Assembly: GCF_004010195.1 (NCBI RefSeq)
Contig: NC_057749.1
Span: 21,674,331-21,738,330, forward strand
From: Chiloscyllium plagiosum
Taxonomy: Eukaryota
Direction of reading: 5' to 3'
DNA length: 64,000 bases
In this document: in pieces, positions 63,407 to 64,000 of the stretch
Position numbering within the stretch: position 1 is the first letter of the stretch
Layout: each line of letters starts with the position of its first letter
Position numbers and translations under genes: made by a program
The notes under the pieces: generated by a model
The model's database searches: none
What the model saw: only the letters and a program-made list of their open reading frames with translations
What the model was told of the DNA's origin: nothing

Positions 63407-63623
63407 GGGCTGAATGGCCTACTCCTGCACCTATTGTCTATTGTCATAACATCCCTATCTATGAGGGCTTTTCTCCCATCCTACTTTGCAAGGTTTGGAC
63501 CATAGACTTCCGGGCTGAATGGCCTACTCCTGCACCTATTGTCTATTGTCTATTGTCATAACATCCCTATCTATGAGGGCTTTTCTCCCATCCTTCTTTG
63601 CAAGGTTTGGACCATAGACTTCC
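63407..63623. repeat. Tandem duplication of ~105-112 bp
   Basis: gggctgaatggcctactcctgcacctattgtc...ggaccatagacttcc at 63407-63511 and 63512-63623. Confidence 0.9.
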
Positions 63624-63674
63624 ATTGAGTTTGGTCCATGTTTAGAGGTGAAGCACAGTGATAGTTTTCATTAC

Positions 63675-64000
63675 AGAGGGGCATGGATAGGATGAGTGGC
63701 CAAAGTATTTTTCCCAAGGTAGCGGAGTCCAAAACTAAAGGGCGTAGGTTTAGGGTGAGAGGGGAAAGATATAAAAGGAACCGGAGGGGCGACATTTTCA
63801 TACAGAGGGTGGTACGTGTATGGAATGAGCTGCCGGACGAAGTGGGGGAGGCTGGTACAATTACAACATTTTAAAGGCATCTGAATAGGAAGGGTTGAGA
63901 GAGATATGGGCCAAATGCTAGCAAATGGGGCTAGATTAATTTAGGATATATGGTCGGAATGGACGAACTGGTCTGTTTCCGTGCTGTCCATCTCTATGAC
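63675..64000 (+). mobile_element. CR1 LINE 3' end
   Basis: FPKVAESKTKGRRFRVRGERYKR..IFIQRVVRVWNELP. Confidence 0.9.

Overview
This is a repeat-dense vertebrate genomic window, most likely from a cartilaginous fish (shark). That is inferred from abundant HE1-type tRNA-derived V-SINEs and HER1/CR1-type LINEs. The only host gene I can support is GTF2A2 (TFIIA gamma) on the minus strand: its last two coding exons (45110-44984 and 41288-41263) plus a 3' UTR and poly(A) signal. I did not find its upstream exons; they may lie in the 500-N gap or beyond the window. The rest is nested, mostly degraded mobile DNA: a Gypsy LTR element with integrase-before-RT (Gmr1-like) order, many CR1 fragments, Rex1/Babar, RTE, Tx1 and Penelope-like elements, SINEs, two minisatellites (23 bp and about 33 bp) and degenerate (TTAGGG)n-like tracts. 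The most interesting signal is three separate families of minimal hammerhead-ribozyme motifs (CTGANGA...GAAA). One sits in a GIY-YIG-encoding Penelope element. The other two sit in short non-coding elements; the most abundant forms ~100-600 bp, mostly fold-back units with their own target-site duplications, and in some copies both strands carry a core. Assembly gaps: 15631-16191, 24415-24583, 51465-51964, 57607-57681, 62127-62155. Repeat boundaries were read by eye and are approximate; exon boundaries are exact.
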